Shown here in pieces: positions 34,141-42,323 of a stretch of 64,000 nt of DNA (positions are counted from its first letter, which is position 1; every line of letters begins with the position of its first letter). The notes under the pieces are model-generated. The model was given only the letters and a program-made list of their open reading frames with translations, made no database searches and had not been told where the DNA came from. The DNA is taken from NCBI GenBank assembly GCA_900544985.1, contig UQXK01000001.1, forward strand, positions 13,459 through 77,458, written 5' to 3'. The DNA is from an uncultured Eubacteriales bacterium (GTDB taxonomy: Bacteria > Bacillota > Clostridia > Oscillospirales > CAG-272). The translations under genes were made by a program, and so were the position numbers.

Positions 34141-34751
34141 TTTGCCACCCACTTTGATTTATAGATATCAAGCAATTTCATCGCTTCAAGCGATTCGAGA
34201 AATTCCTTTGCGATATCTTCAAATGGCCTACTGTTTTTTCTCGTGTAGCATTCCGTATACAGATCCTCGCCATCGGAAACGAGATATTTGAATTCCTGCG
34301 CTTCCGGTACTATGAAAAAGTATGTCGGGTGTTGCGGAGAGTCGAGATATTTCCCAGCAAGTTCAGCAGAGCCGAATCCCTTATTGCTGAATTTTACATC
34401 AAAAATCGTGCCTGCTTTCAACGCGTCCAAAACGCCGTAAACAAGCAAATTCATCGAGCCAATAGTCAACTCGCGTTGTGCGGTTACTTGCACGGGCGCG
34501 CCTTTTATAAGTGTTGCAACAGCATTTATGCCGTTCTCCCATTTGTGATGAGCGGAGCGGGGAATACCCGCCGCCGCTTTATAAACCTCATTTTCAAAAT
34601 CTATGCCGTTCTGCATTTCGGGTGTTGTATCTTTGGGAATACGGTTTAATGTATTCAAAAAGTCGTTATATGCACTTTCCTGACTTTCTTCACGGCATTG
34701 GTGCAAATAGTTCCACGAGCTGATTAACGATTGTGTCATAAGATAGCTCAT
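34137..34751 (-). CDS. Putative PD-(D/E)XK-type nuclease
   Basis: 204 aa. VYGVLDALKAGTIFDVKFS is a D..(D/E)xK-like core. It sits between the Sak4-like ATPase and the NinB-like gene, in the recombination module. Confidence 0.4.
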   Translation of the reverse strand: MSYLMTQSLISSWNYLHQCREESQESAYNDFLNTLNRIPKDTTPEMQNGIDFENEVYKAAAGIPRSAHHKWENGINAVATLIKGAPVQVTAQRELTIGSMNLLVYGVLDALKAGTIFDVKFSNKGFGSAELAGKYLDSPQHPTYFFIVPEAQEFKYLVSDGEDLYTECYTRKNSRPFEDIAKEFLESLEAMKLLDIYKSKWVAK

Positions 34752-34752
34752 A

Positions 34753-35700
34753 TCACTTTGTCTCCTTTACTTTGTACTCCTTGCTTTCCTTGTCCCATAT
34801 AAAACCAAGTTCCTTGACTTTTGCAGAAAGCAAAGCACTCGCTTCTTTCTTTGATGTAAGGGCGTGTTTAAGAGAAGGAAGAGAGGTGACCGCAGAATTT
34901 GCGTCTTCAACAGTTTTGATATCATTAACAATTTTTGCGACTTCTGACATTGTTTTGTCATACTGTTCCTTCATAGGCGTAAATGCTTTAACATCCGCGG
35001 CAATGTTATCACGTGCCTTTTCAAATAATTTGGTGAGAAAGTCGTTATTGTCTGTCGGACCGATAGCGGGAACATTAAACTGTCCTTCGATTCCATAACA
35101 GCCTTTTGCAAAAAACTCCTGTGTGGGCGTGAATGTCACGACGCGACTGTTTCCTATCATTTGAACATATCCGCCAAAGTCACAAGGTTGCCATACGATA
35201 TTTCTTGCCGCTCCCTCGCATAAAAGCCTTTGCTGAGGATTTCCGTCTTTGTCCTTTTGTTCGTCGGAATGGAATACATAAATGACATTTTTGTTAAGCA
35301 CGTCGCGGACGTGATTTGTAAAGCGTTGGAATTCTTGTTTGACGGCGCCGAATCCTTTCAAGGAAAGCGCACCGTTCTTTTGGCGGTTTGTGGCGGGGTT
35401 GTCTCTCATTGCCCAGTCTTGCAAATAACTTACAAAGCTACCGCCCGTGTCGATGATAATTGTTTCGCAATCTCTGACTTCGGGAGATTCGATATCGGAG
35501 AGTACTTCTTCGTATGTAGTGCAAACTATCGTCGGCTTTCTGTGATACGCTTTAACACGCGATACGCCGCGGTCGAAGTCAATAAGAATTGGATTGGGCG
35601 CGGACAAGGCGAGCGTGGTTTTGCCGACACCAGGCGCTCCATAGATAATCATTGAGAATTTTTTATCGGAAAATATAAGTTCATTAGGTTGTTTAATCAT
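34753..35700 (-). CDS. AAA/RecA-like ATPase (Sak4-type recombination protein)
   Basis: 315 aa. Walker A in FSMIIYGAPGVGKTTLALSAPNPILIDFDRG and Walker B in IIIDTGG, matching the AAA_24-like pattern. Confidence 0.75.
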   Translation of the reverse strand: MIKQPNELIFSDKKFSMIIYGAPGVGKTTLALSAPNPILIDFDRGVSRVKAYHRKPTIVCTTYEEVLSDIESPEVRDCETIIIDTGGSFVSYLQDWAMRDNPATNRQKNGALSLKGFGAVKQEFQRFTNHVRDVLNKNVIYVFHSDEQKDKDGNPQQRLLCEGAARNIVWQPCDFGGYVQMIGNSRVVTFTPTQEFFAKGCYGIEGQFNVPAIGPTDNNDFLTKLFEKARDNIAADVKAFTPMKEQYDKTMSEVAKIVNDIKTVEDANSAVTSLPSLKHALTSKKEASALLSAKVKELGFIWDKESKEYKVKETK

Positions 35701-35736
35701 TTTGTTTTGCTCCTTTTTATTAGCATTTTTGTATTT

Positions 35737-36150
35737 TTATCCCTCAATCATAAGCTGTTGCTTTTGATAGAGTTGATATATTGTTTGACCTTGACTGTTC
35801 ATCATATATGGTAGGAATATTTCGTCCATTTGCACCATTGCGCTTTCGAGGATCGCCATCTGAGATTCAACCCAGTCTTTGACAATGCGCCAAGCAACTT
35901 TTTCCGCGTGTTCTCTGTCGCATTTTACTTTTTGCTTTGATAAAACGCATTGCACGCCTTCGACGTTGGAAGGAAGCCGTATTCCTCTTTGACCGTTCGG
36001 AGTATCAATGAGAAAGCATACGGCGGTTATGCGTCCCTTGTCATCGTAATCTGTAACAATTTTTTTTGCACCGTGTTTAACAAGCGAGCTTTGAATAGAA
36101 GCTATTGTCGTAAAGACATCTACATTTGTGGTGTAATTTTTTATCGGCAT
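35737..36150 (-). CDS. Hypothetical protein
   Basis: 137-aa ORF in the early operon. No family recognised. Confidence 0.45.
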   Translation of the reverse strand: MPIKNYTTNVDVFTTIASIQSSLVKHGAKKIVTDYDDKGRITAVCFLIDTPNGQRGIRLPSNVEGVQCVLSKQKVKCDREHAEKVAWRIVKDWVESQMAILESAMVQMDEIFLPYMMNSQGQTIYQLYQKQQLMIEG

Positions 36151-36165
36151 TTTCCTTACTCCTTA

Positions 36166-36396
36166 TTACTCTACAAAAGAGAAGTAGCAATGAGGGCAGC
36201 CTGTGATAAGAGTTTTTCCTGCTTGTTCAACCGTGATTCCCGAAACGCTACCGTCTTTGTGTTCAATTCGTTCGTAGATATTGCTACCACACCGATAGCA
36301 TTTTCCGTCAAGAGTAGGCGAGAAATTCGGTAACTCATTATTTGCACAATATCGAGACTGCGCTTCAATCGCTAACTTCGTGTTGTATTCATCCAT
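36166..36396 (-). CDS. Hypothetical small zinc-ribbon protein
   Basis: 76 aa with CYRCGSNIY...GCPHCYFSF. Confidence 0.4.
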   Translation of the reverse strand: MDEYNTKLAIEAQSRYCANNELPNFSPTLDGKCYRCGSNIYERIEHKDGSVSGITVEQAGKTLITGCPHCYFSFVE

Positions 36397-36913
36397 TCTT
36401 TTGCGATCCTTTCTTCAAATAGTTTCTTATAATCCAAGTGAGCCAGGCTTGCATGGTGTCAAACCCGTCTTCCTTGATACGTTTAACAAGAGCCGCATAT
36501 TCGTCGTCTTCGAGTCGGCACATTACTTTACATTTGAGTCGGTGGCATCCATCTCGACGATGTTTTTCTTTGGCAAGCAACTCAGGTGCGTATTTTTCAA
36601 GCAGAGCATCCATTGCTTTTAGCTTGATATCAATGCCGTATTCATCGCCATGCTCGCATTTGCTTTGTAACATTTTGTCGTATTTCGGAAACAGGGCGCG
36701 AACAGTGAGAACCATTTCTTTTGCCGGGATATTTTTAGATATGCGAAGATCTCTTAACTGATTGATATTGCTTTTTTCGGATTTTTGAGATATACTAATA
36801 GGGGATTTAGATTTCGTGTCTTTCCCTGGATCGTTCTGATTGGTGTCGGGCGATCCTTTTTCTTTTTTATCTCCTGGGTCTACCCCCGAACCAAATATTT
36901 TGTTTTTTTTCAT
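36389..36913 (-). CDS. Putative DNA-binding early protein
   Basis: The start was trimmed to the ATG at 36913, which has AAAGGAG 7 nt upstream. It has a low-complexity basic N-terminus, an HTH-like middle part and a C-terminal RLEDDEYAALVKRIKEDGFDTMQAWLTWII. Confidence 0.4.
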   Translation of the reverse strand: MKKNKIFGSGVDPGDKKEKGSPDTNQNDPGKDTKSKSPISISQKSEKSNINQLRDLRISKNIPAKEMVLTVRALFPKYDKMLQSKCEHGDEYGIDIKLKAMDALLEKYAPELLAKEKHRRDGCHRLKCKVMCRLEDDEYAALVKRIKEDGFDTMQAWLTWIIRNYLKKGSQKNG

Positions 36914-36938
36914 ATTTTTGCTCCTTTCGATTTGTTTT

Positions 36939-37169
36939 TTATTCGGATGCTTGTAAAAGCGATTCGATAACTTCGTCAAGTGTGTCGGATGCATCGTTGA
37001 GATTGCTAAGAGCCTCATCTGCTCGCTCATAGCGTTCGGAATTTTGAAGATTTTCGGGTATGTTATCTATGTATTCCTGTTCTTCCTCTGCAATTATCTC
37101 CAATTCTTCTTTGAGCTCGGAGAGCTTGTCAGAGAGATTTATGATTCTTTTTCTTCTTACATTGTTCAT
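36939..37169 (-). CDS. Hypothetical small acidic coiled-coil protein
   Basis: 76-aa ORF in the early operon. Confidence 0.35.
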   Translation of the reverse strand: MNNVRRKRIINLSDKLSELKEELEIIAEEEQEYIDNIPENLQNSERYERADEALSNLNDASDTLDEVIESLLQASE

Positions 37170-37181
37170 TTTTTGCTCCTT

Positions 37182-37451
37182 TCAGTCGTCTACATTATCA
37201 CATGGAATCATTGATTCGAAGTACGCGGCGGTTTTGAGTTCGTAGCGATCATCTTCTGGATAATGCTTCGTGCTTTTACTCCAATCTTCAAAACACTTGG
37301 CACACATATAATGATTGAGCACCGGCACGAGATATCCTTTTGATTCAAAATCTCCACAATCGTCGCAAATTCCCAAGCCGCCAAGTAAGCAGGTTTCTGA
37401 TGCGGTCGCTTCATAATAGATCAAGCCGTTTGAGAGTCTTCCTTTTTTCAT
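37182..37451 (-). CDS. Hypothetical small Cys-rich protein
   Basis: 89 aa with CDDCGDF...MCAKCFEDW. Confidence 0.4.
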   Translation of the reverse strand: MKKGRLSNGLIYYEATASETCLLGGLGICDDCGDFESKGYLVPVLNHYMCAKCFEDWSKSTKHYPEDDRYELKTAAYFESMIPCDNVDD

Positions 37452-37461
37452 TTTTTATTCC

Positions 37462-37674
37462 TCATTTCGCGTGTTCTGCGTCAAATTTTAATCGTTCCTC
37501 TTTGGTTAACAGAGAGGCACGCTTTCCCTCTGGTGTTTTTCTCCATTCTTCAAGTTTTTTTCTGTTTTCTGGATCTTGATAGAATTTTCGTATACTTTTG
37601 GAGATGATTCGACATCCCGCTTCAATAATTCCGTCGGGAATATCATTGAAATTGATTTTTAGTTTTGTTTCCAT
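37462..37674 (-). CDS. Hypothetical small protein
   Basis: 70 aa. Shares a FYQDPENRKKLEEWR-type segment with the next ORF (FIEDPENEKMIEKRAEE). Confidence 0.35.
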   Translation of the reverse strand: METKLKINFNDIPDGIIEAGCRIISKSIRKFYQDPENRKKLEEWRKTPEGKRASLLTKEERLKFDAEHAK

Positions 37675-37721
37675 TTTGTGCTCCTTTAAATACCGTTATT
37701 TGAATCGATTTATAAAACCGT

Positions 37722-37910
37722 TCAAGATTCTGGTGATGTCGATTCCTTTCTTTCCTTATTGCGTATTTCTTCCGCGCGTTTCTCAATCATCTTCTCGTTT
37801 TCGGGATCCTCAATGAATTTCATATAGGCGTTATAGAACGCTCTGCCGATTGCTCGTCCGCGGTATAATGAAATTTTTGATGTGTCAATTGTAATTTCTT
37901 TACTTGACAT
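37722..37910 (-). CDS. Hypothetical small protein (weak paralog of 37462..37674)
   Basis: 62 aa. AFYNAYMKFIEDPENEKMIEKRAEEIR compares with SIRKFYQDPENRKKLEEWRK in the neighbouring ORF. Confidence 0.35.
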   Translation of the reverse strand: MSSKEITIDTSKISLYRGRAIGRAFYNAYMKFIEDPENEKMIEKRAEEIRNKERKESTSPES

Positions 37911-37937
37911 TCGTTTACTCCTTTTAGTTGCATTAGT

Positions 37938-38165
37938 TTAATCTTCGTCTGGCAACTCTGCTTCAATTTCTTCAACCATTTTCCTACCTTTGTTTCTAAG
38001 CCAACGGTATTGATAAAGTCTTTTTTTGTCTGGATCGATGGGTCTCCGAAGACTTTTCGTTGCCAATTTGACATATGGATCTTTTTTTAAACTTTCAAGT
38101 TCTGCTTTTTCTGACGGTGTTAGCATGGATTCCCCCTTTTCTCTTAGTTCAATCATTTTGAACAA
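37938..38165 (-). CDS. Hypothetical small early protein
   Basis: 75-aa ORF overlapping the Cro-like gene end by 13 nt. Confidence 0.35.
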   Translation of the reverse strand: MFKMIELREKGESMLTPSEKAELESLKKDPYVKLATKSLRRPIDPDKKRLYQYRWLRNKGRKMVEEIEAELPDED

Positions 38166-38371
38166 ATGTCGTAAAAAAATTTTACAATATCGTTTCCTGA
38201 TATATCAAGTATTTTGCATGCTTTTAAAATATCATCTTGACTCCAACAAGCTTTGTTATTTAGTTTTAGCGAAATTGTTCTCCCTGAAATGCCCATTTTC
38301 TTCGCAAACATACCTAATGTACCACACTTCTCGATTATTTTTCCGCGTAATTTTGAATAATCAAATGCCAT
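38153..38371 (-). CDS. Cro-like HTH protein (first gene of the early leftward operon)
   Basis: 72 aa. GTLGMFAKKMGISGRTISLKLNN is an HTH. It is transcribed divergently from the CI-like repressor. Confidence 0.65.
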   Translation of the reverse strand: MAFDYSKLRGKIIEKCGTLGMFAKKMGISGRTISLKLNNKACWSQDDILKACKILDISGNDIVKFFYDICSK

Positions 38372-38391
38372 TTTATTTCCTCCATCTTTAT

Positions 38392-38518
38392 TATTTGTTC
38401 AAATCAATTGAACAAATATATAATACTACACATTTTATCTCCTGTCAACCCTTTCAAGAAAAAAAGTTCAATTTTTTTGAGCAAAACTGTTGATTTTCTG
38501 ATGTATATGACATATAAT
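38392..38518. promoter_or_regulatory. Immunity switch region: face-to-face promoters and two operator-like dyads
   Basis: - O1: ATTTGTTCAA-atcaa-TTGAACAAAT (38392-38416).
- O2: GTTCAA-ttttt-TTGAGC (38466-38482).
- Minus-strand promoter: TTGACA (38447-38442), 17-nt spacer, TATTAT (38424-38419).
- Plus-strand promoter 1: TTGTTC (38394), 18-nt spacer, TATAAT (38418).
- Plus-strand promoter 2: TTGATT (38490), 17-nt spacer, TATAAT (38513). Confidence 0.6.
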
Positions 38519-38526
38519 AAAAAGGG

Positions 38527-39105
38527 GTGATTAATGTGAAAGTTTCAAGCACATCAGAAAGATTACGGCTTATTATGGATGCTCACGAGTTGCGTCAGGT
38601 AGATATTTTGGATGCATGTGCTCCATACTGCAAGATGTATAATGTGAAAATTGGTAGAAATGACCTTTCTCAATATGTATCGGGAAAGGTCGAACCAAAA
38701 CAAGATAAGCTCGCTATCATTTCGATGGCTTTAAATGTGTCTGAAGCGTGGCTCATGGGATATGATGTTCCCATGGCAAGAGACATAAAAAGTGACACAT
38801 GGTCAGATGATTTTAGAAAATCACTCAAGCATGAAATTGATAATGGAGTTTGGGATACAACGGAACCAGAAAGCAATGTTGCTTTCGAAGAGGCTGAGCG
38901 TCTTTTAGAAAGTAACTCGCCTATTTCTTTATCAGAAGCTTGCAGTATGGCTGATTCTTTTGGTTTTTCCTTAGATGACGCTGTTGGGCTTGATCGACAC
39001 ACATTACCTCCCAAAACAAAGGAATTTGTGGAGTTATTTTCAGAATTAACAGAGGAACAGCAAAAAATGCTAGTATTGCAAATGAAAGGATTGCTTGCAA
39101 AATAA
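38527..39105 (+). CDS. XRE-family CI-like repressor (paralog 1)
   Basis: N-terminal HTH (SERLRLIMDAHELRQVDILDA..DLSQYVSGKVEPKQDKLAIISMALNVSEAWLMG). The C-terminal tail is KEFVELFSELTEEQQKMLVLQMKGLLAK. The true start may be the GTG at 38536. Confidence 0.75.
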   Translation: MINVKVSSTSERLRLIMDAHELRQVDILDACAPYCKMYNVKIGRNDLSQYVSGKVEPKQDKLAIISMALNVSEAWLMGYDVPMARDIKSDTWSDDFRKSLKHEIDNGVWDTTEPESNVAFEEAERLLESNSPISLSEACSMADSFGFSLDDAVGLDRHTLPPKTKEFVELFSELTEEQQKMLVLQMKGLLAK

Positions 39106-39129
39106 TAAAAATACAATAAATCGAGAGAA

Positions 39130-39573
39130 GTGGCTGTCATGACGATATATGAAAGAATAAAAAATCTTCGTTTGACTCTGGGCATGAGTCAGACAGAGCT
39201 TGCTAAGAGAGTTGGATATGAAGGAAGATCTGCTATATCAAAAGTTGAAAATGGAGAACGCGATATAAGCCAGTCTATGATTGAAAAGTATGCAAAAGCT
39301 TTAAATGTATCACCTACTTATTTGCTCTATGGTAATAATTACAAAGATTTTAATGATGAATGGTTATCATCGTCGTCAAGCGGAGAAGTACACATTTCTC
39401 TTTTTGAAGCGTGTAATATAGCAGATGCAATCGGCACATCGCTTGATTATATGGTCGGGCTTAAACAGATTGATAGTAAAACTCTCGAATTTATTAATCT
39501 TTTCGCCCAGCTCACGATGGAACAACAATCTCTTGTGATTTCCCAGATAAAAGGAATATTATCAAATCAATAA
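39130..39573 (+). CDS. XRE-family repressor (paralog 2)
   Basis: HTH IYERIKNLRLTLGMSQTELAKRVGYEGRSAISKVENGERDISQSMIEKYAKALNVSPTYLLYG. The C-terminal half is collinear with paralog 1 (SLFEACNIADAIGTSLDYMVGL...LEFINLFAQLTMEQQSLVISQIKGIL). Confidence 0.75.
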   Translation: MAVMTIYERIKNLRLTLGMSQTELAKRVGYEGRSAISKVENGERDISQSMIEKYAKALNVSPTYLLYGNNYKDFNDEWLSSSSSGEVHISLFEACNIADAIGTSLDYMVGLKQIDSKTLEFINLFAQLTMEQQSLVISQIKGILSNQ

Positions 39574-39603
39574 GTACAATTTTCACAAGAAAGAAAGCCG
39601 TAT

Positions 39604-40227
39604 ATGGAGTGTGTATGTTATGATAGAAAAAAGGAATATGGAAGATGTCGCTTTCTGCGAGATTGGAATGATTGGCAGAAATCTACACATGAGCGTGAAG
39701 ATCAAATTTTAAGACAAGGTAGAGCCATGACATATCCGTTTGCATTCGAAATAAATCACAAAAAAGAAAAGGGGGTTTTTTCAAGCACAACGGATCTACC
39801 ATATTATGAAACCACATTAACAAACTGTACTTGCTATGATTTCCAAGAAAGACATTTGCCTTGCAAACATATATATAGACTTGCGGTAGAATTGGGTTTA
39901 ATCGAGATTTTTAATAGACCGTCACACAATAAAAAATTATTAGCGGAAGTTAAGGCATCATCGGATATTGATAAACATCCAGAGCAACTTAAAAGAATCG
40001 AAAGTTCTAAAAACGTAAAATGCACCCCCATATCGATAGACTACGAAAATCAAAGTGCTATTTTTTCGGGTTCGGGGAAAAGTCCATATCTAACGACCAT
40101 AGACACTTGCACTTGTAGAGATTATTTTATTCGACATCTCCCATGTAAACATATATATCGTTTGAGAGATGAACTTAAAAAAACTAATAATACAGGTCTT
40201 AAACTGAAAGAGTCGGAAAAGTATTGA
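39604..40227 (+). CDS. Double SWIM zinc-finger protein
   Basis: Two internal repeats each end in a SWIM CxCx(n)CxH motif: TTLTNCTCYDFQERHLPCKHIYRLAVELG and TTIDTCTCRDYFIRHLPCKHIYRLRDEL. The true start may be the internal M at about 39727. Confidence 0.7.
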   Translation: MECVCYDRKKEYGRCRFLRDWNDWQKSTHEREDQILRQGRAMTYPFAFEINHKKEKGVFSSTTDLPYYETTLTNCTCYDFQERHLPCKHIYRLAVELGLIEIFNRPSHNKKLLAEVKASSDIDKHPEQLKRIESSKNVKCTPISIDYENQSAIFSGSGKSPYLTTIDTCTCRDYFIRHLPCKHIYRLRDELKKTNNTGLKLKESEKY

Positions 40228-40328
40228 ACAAAAATTATCACAGAAAAAGATTTTTTAGAAATAATAAAAAATACCCAAAGACAATCAATAAAAATCATCT
40301 CCGGGCATCTTTTGCTTATTTTTTATAA

Positions 40329-40481
40329 TTATTTATCTGATAATAGGCTTTTCACTAAAACTATTATCATATCTTGTGCTTGGGGCGGAATTCTCATAAA
40401 AAGCTCAGTGGCTTCGATTAACCTTTTGTTTTTTTGTTCATCTGTCGTTTTGTTCGGATATGCAGTTTTTGCTTCTTTCAT
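40329..40481 (-). CDS. Small protein (50 aa) homologous to the C-terminal tail of the two XRE repressors
   Basis: My own translation gives MKEAKTAYPNKTTDEQKNKRLIEATELFMRIPPQAQDMIIVLVKSLLSDK. AAAGGAA lies 8 nt upstream and TATAAT further upstream on the minus strand. It aligns with KEFVELFSELTEEQQKMLVLQMKGLLAK and LEFINLFAQLTMEQQSLVISQIKGILS. Confidence 0.4.
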   Translation of the reverse strand: MKEAKTAYPNKTTDEQKNKRLIEATELFMRIPPQAQDMIIVLVKSLLSDK

Positions 40482-40603
40482 ATTGCCTTGTTCCTTTCGT
40501 CAGAATTTCTAATTTCGCTACAACCATTATAATACAATTAAATAGAACTACTTCAATTTTGTTATTTTATAACAAATATATGAATAAGCAAGGAGGCGAG
40601 CTC

Positions 40604-42271
40604 ATGGCACGCAAACGAATAAACACACCAGAAGCGACAGGTGTCATATACGCTCGTTTTTCTTCGCACAATCAGCGTGAGGAGAGCATAGAACAACAAG
40701 TTGCCGAATGCAATACTTTTGCTTTGGCTTCCGGAATTAAAATAGTGGGTGTTTATTCTGATAGTGCAAAGACTGGAAGAACCGACCGTAGACCTCAATT
40801 TCAGAAGTTGCAACGCGAGGCACAGAAGGGTGAGTTCGATTATATTATTGCATACAAATCGAACCGTATAGCGCGAAATATCCTCAATGCGCTTATGTTT
40901 GAAAACGAGATGGAAAAACTCGGAATCAAGGTCGTATATGCAAAGGAAGAGTTCGGCAACAATGCCGCAGGACGCTTTGCACTACGCACTATGATGAATG
41001 TAAACCAATTCTTCTCGGAAAATATGGCAGAAGATATCAAGCGCAACCAAGCCGACAATGCCTTGAATTGCCGTGCAAATGGTCCCGCTCCATATGGATA
41101 TAAAACAGGAGCAGATGGTAAGTTTGTCATAGATGAAATGAGAGCACCTATTGTGCAGGAAATCTTTAATCGCACAGCGAATGCCGAGAAGTTTGTAGAA
41201 ATCAGCGAAGATCTAAATAGACGTGGTATCAAGACCAAGAACGGCAACGAATGGGGGAAAAGCAGTTTCTTCACGATTCTCCATAACGAACGGTACACAG
41301 GCGTTTATATATTTAACGATGTGCGAATTGAAGGCGGAATGCCTGTAATCATAGAAAGGAGCCTATTTGATAGGGTGCAAAAAATTATGAAAACAAAGAA
41401 AAATCCACAGGGACGCAAAAGAGCCGACGACGGCATCTACCTATTGACAGGCAAGCTGTTCTGCGGAAAGTGCAAATCCCATATGATAGGAATGTCAGGG
41501 ACGAGCAAGAATGGCGATAGCCACTATTACTATATCTGCAACGAAAAACGCACAAACGGAACATGCGACAAAAAAGCTGTTCGCCGAAACTTTTTGGAGA
41601 ATGAGATAGCAAAGGCTATCCGTCGTTATATTCTCCAACCGAATGTGATGGAGTGGATCGTGCAGCAGGTTCTTAGCTTCCAAAAGGGAGATGTTAGGCA
41701 AGTTGAGATAGCGAATATGCAAGAGAGACACAAAGAGGTAAAAAAGGCGATAGCGAATGTCATGATCGCCATCGACCAAGGCATCATCACCGCCTCCACG
41801 AAAGAGCACTTGCAAGATCTTGAATCCGAACGCGCGCAGCTCGACGCTCGTATATTGGTTGCACAGTCAGAGGCAGGGAAGGCAGTTACAAGAGAATCAT
41901 TGCTTGCCTACTTAGAGCATTTCAGAGCCGCAAACGTGGAGGATAAGGAATGCCAAAAGGAATTGTTTGACACCTTCGTAAAAGCTGTGTATCTTTATGA
42001 CGACCACATCACGCTTATCTTCGATATTAACGATGGAACTACTGAGGATGTTGAAATCAGCATGGATGAAGTAGAACAGAGTTTATGCGAAAATGTTCGC
42101 TTAAACTCTGTTGTGGGTCACCAAATTGAACAAGACGAACACGTTTTTATGTGTTTGTCTTATTTTTTTTGTCTTTTGCAAGGACATTCCAAACTATTGA
42201 TAACTACTTTTAGTTATGATATAATACTATCGGAAGTTCTAAGTGTTTATATTGATAATGAGTATTTATGA
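40604..42271 (+). CDS. Large serine recombinase (integrase)
   Basis: ATG at 40604 after AAGGAGG. The N-terminal resolvase domain is GVIYARFSSHNQREESIEQQ...RTDRRPQFQKLQ. It has a recombinase domain, a zinc ribbon CGKCKSHM...YYICNEKRTNGTCDKK and a coiled coil. The last ~40 aa look non-native (see findings). Confidence 0.9.
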   Translation: MARKRINTPEATGVIYARFSSHNQREESIEQQVAECNTFALASGIKIVGVYSDSAKTGRTDRRPQFQKLQREAQKGEFDYIIAYKSNRIARNILNALMFENEMEKLGIKVVYAKEEFGNNAAGRFALRTMMNVNQFFSENMAEDIKRNQADNALNCRANGPAPYGYKTGADGKFVIDEMRAPIVQEIFNRTANAEKFVEISEDLNRRGIKTKNGNEWGKSSFFTILHNERYTGVYIFNDVRIEGGMPVIIERSLFDRVQKIMKTKKNPQGRKRADDGIYLLTGKLFCGKCKSHMIGMSGTSKNGDSHYYYICNEKRTNGTCDKKAVRRNFLENEIAKAIRRYILQPNVMEWIVQQVLSFQKGDVRQVEIANMQERHKEVKKAIANVMIAIDQGIITASTKEHLQDLESERAQLDARILVAQSEAGKAVTRESLLAYLEHFRAANVEDKECQKELFDTFVKAVYLYDDHITLIFDINDGTTEDVEISMDEVEQSLCENVRLNSVVGHQIEQDEHVFMCLSYFFCLLQGHSKLLITTFSYDIILSEVLSVYIDNEYL

Positions 42272-42323
42272 AAAGAGAAAAGATATCATATAATGGAGAT
42301 ACTTTGTTACAAAGGGCAACATT

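Larger units (their letters stand above)
1..42271. mobile_element. Prophage 1 (partial; left end outside window): contractile-tail, lambda-like head/packaging, DNA-modification/replication early region, immunity switch, large serine recombinase at right end
   Basis: Continuous series of phage-family ORFs, almost all on the minus strand from 1 to 38371. Divergent XRE repressors lie at 38.5-39.6 kb and a serine recombinase ORF ends at 42271. Ordinary cellular genes start at 42324. The right boundary is approximate and attL is not in the window. Confidence 0.85.

Noticed and set aside
38670-39185. 171-aa minus-strand ORF antisense to the CI-like repressor
   Set aside because: It has no RBS and a Ser/Phe-rich low-complexity product, and it overlaps two well-supported XRE genes.
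40460-40603. N-terminal extension of the recombinase ORF (start at 40460) and plus-strand ORF 40312..40512
   Set aside because: The extension is AT-rich, hydrophobic nonsense upstream of a clear AAGGAGG-ATG (40604). It overlaps a better small minus-strand gene and its promoter.
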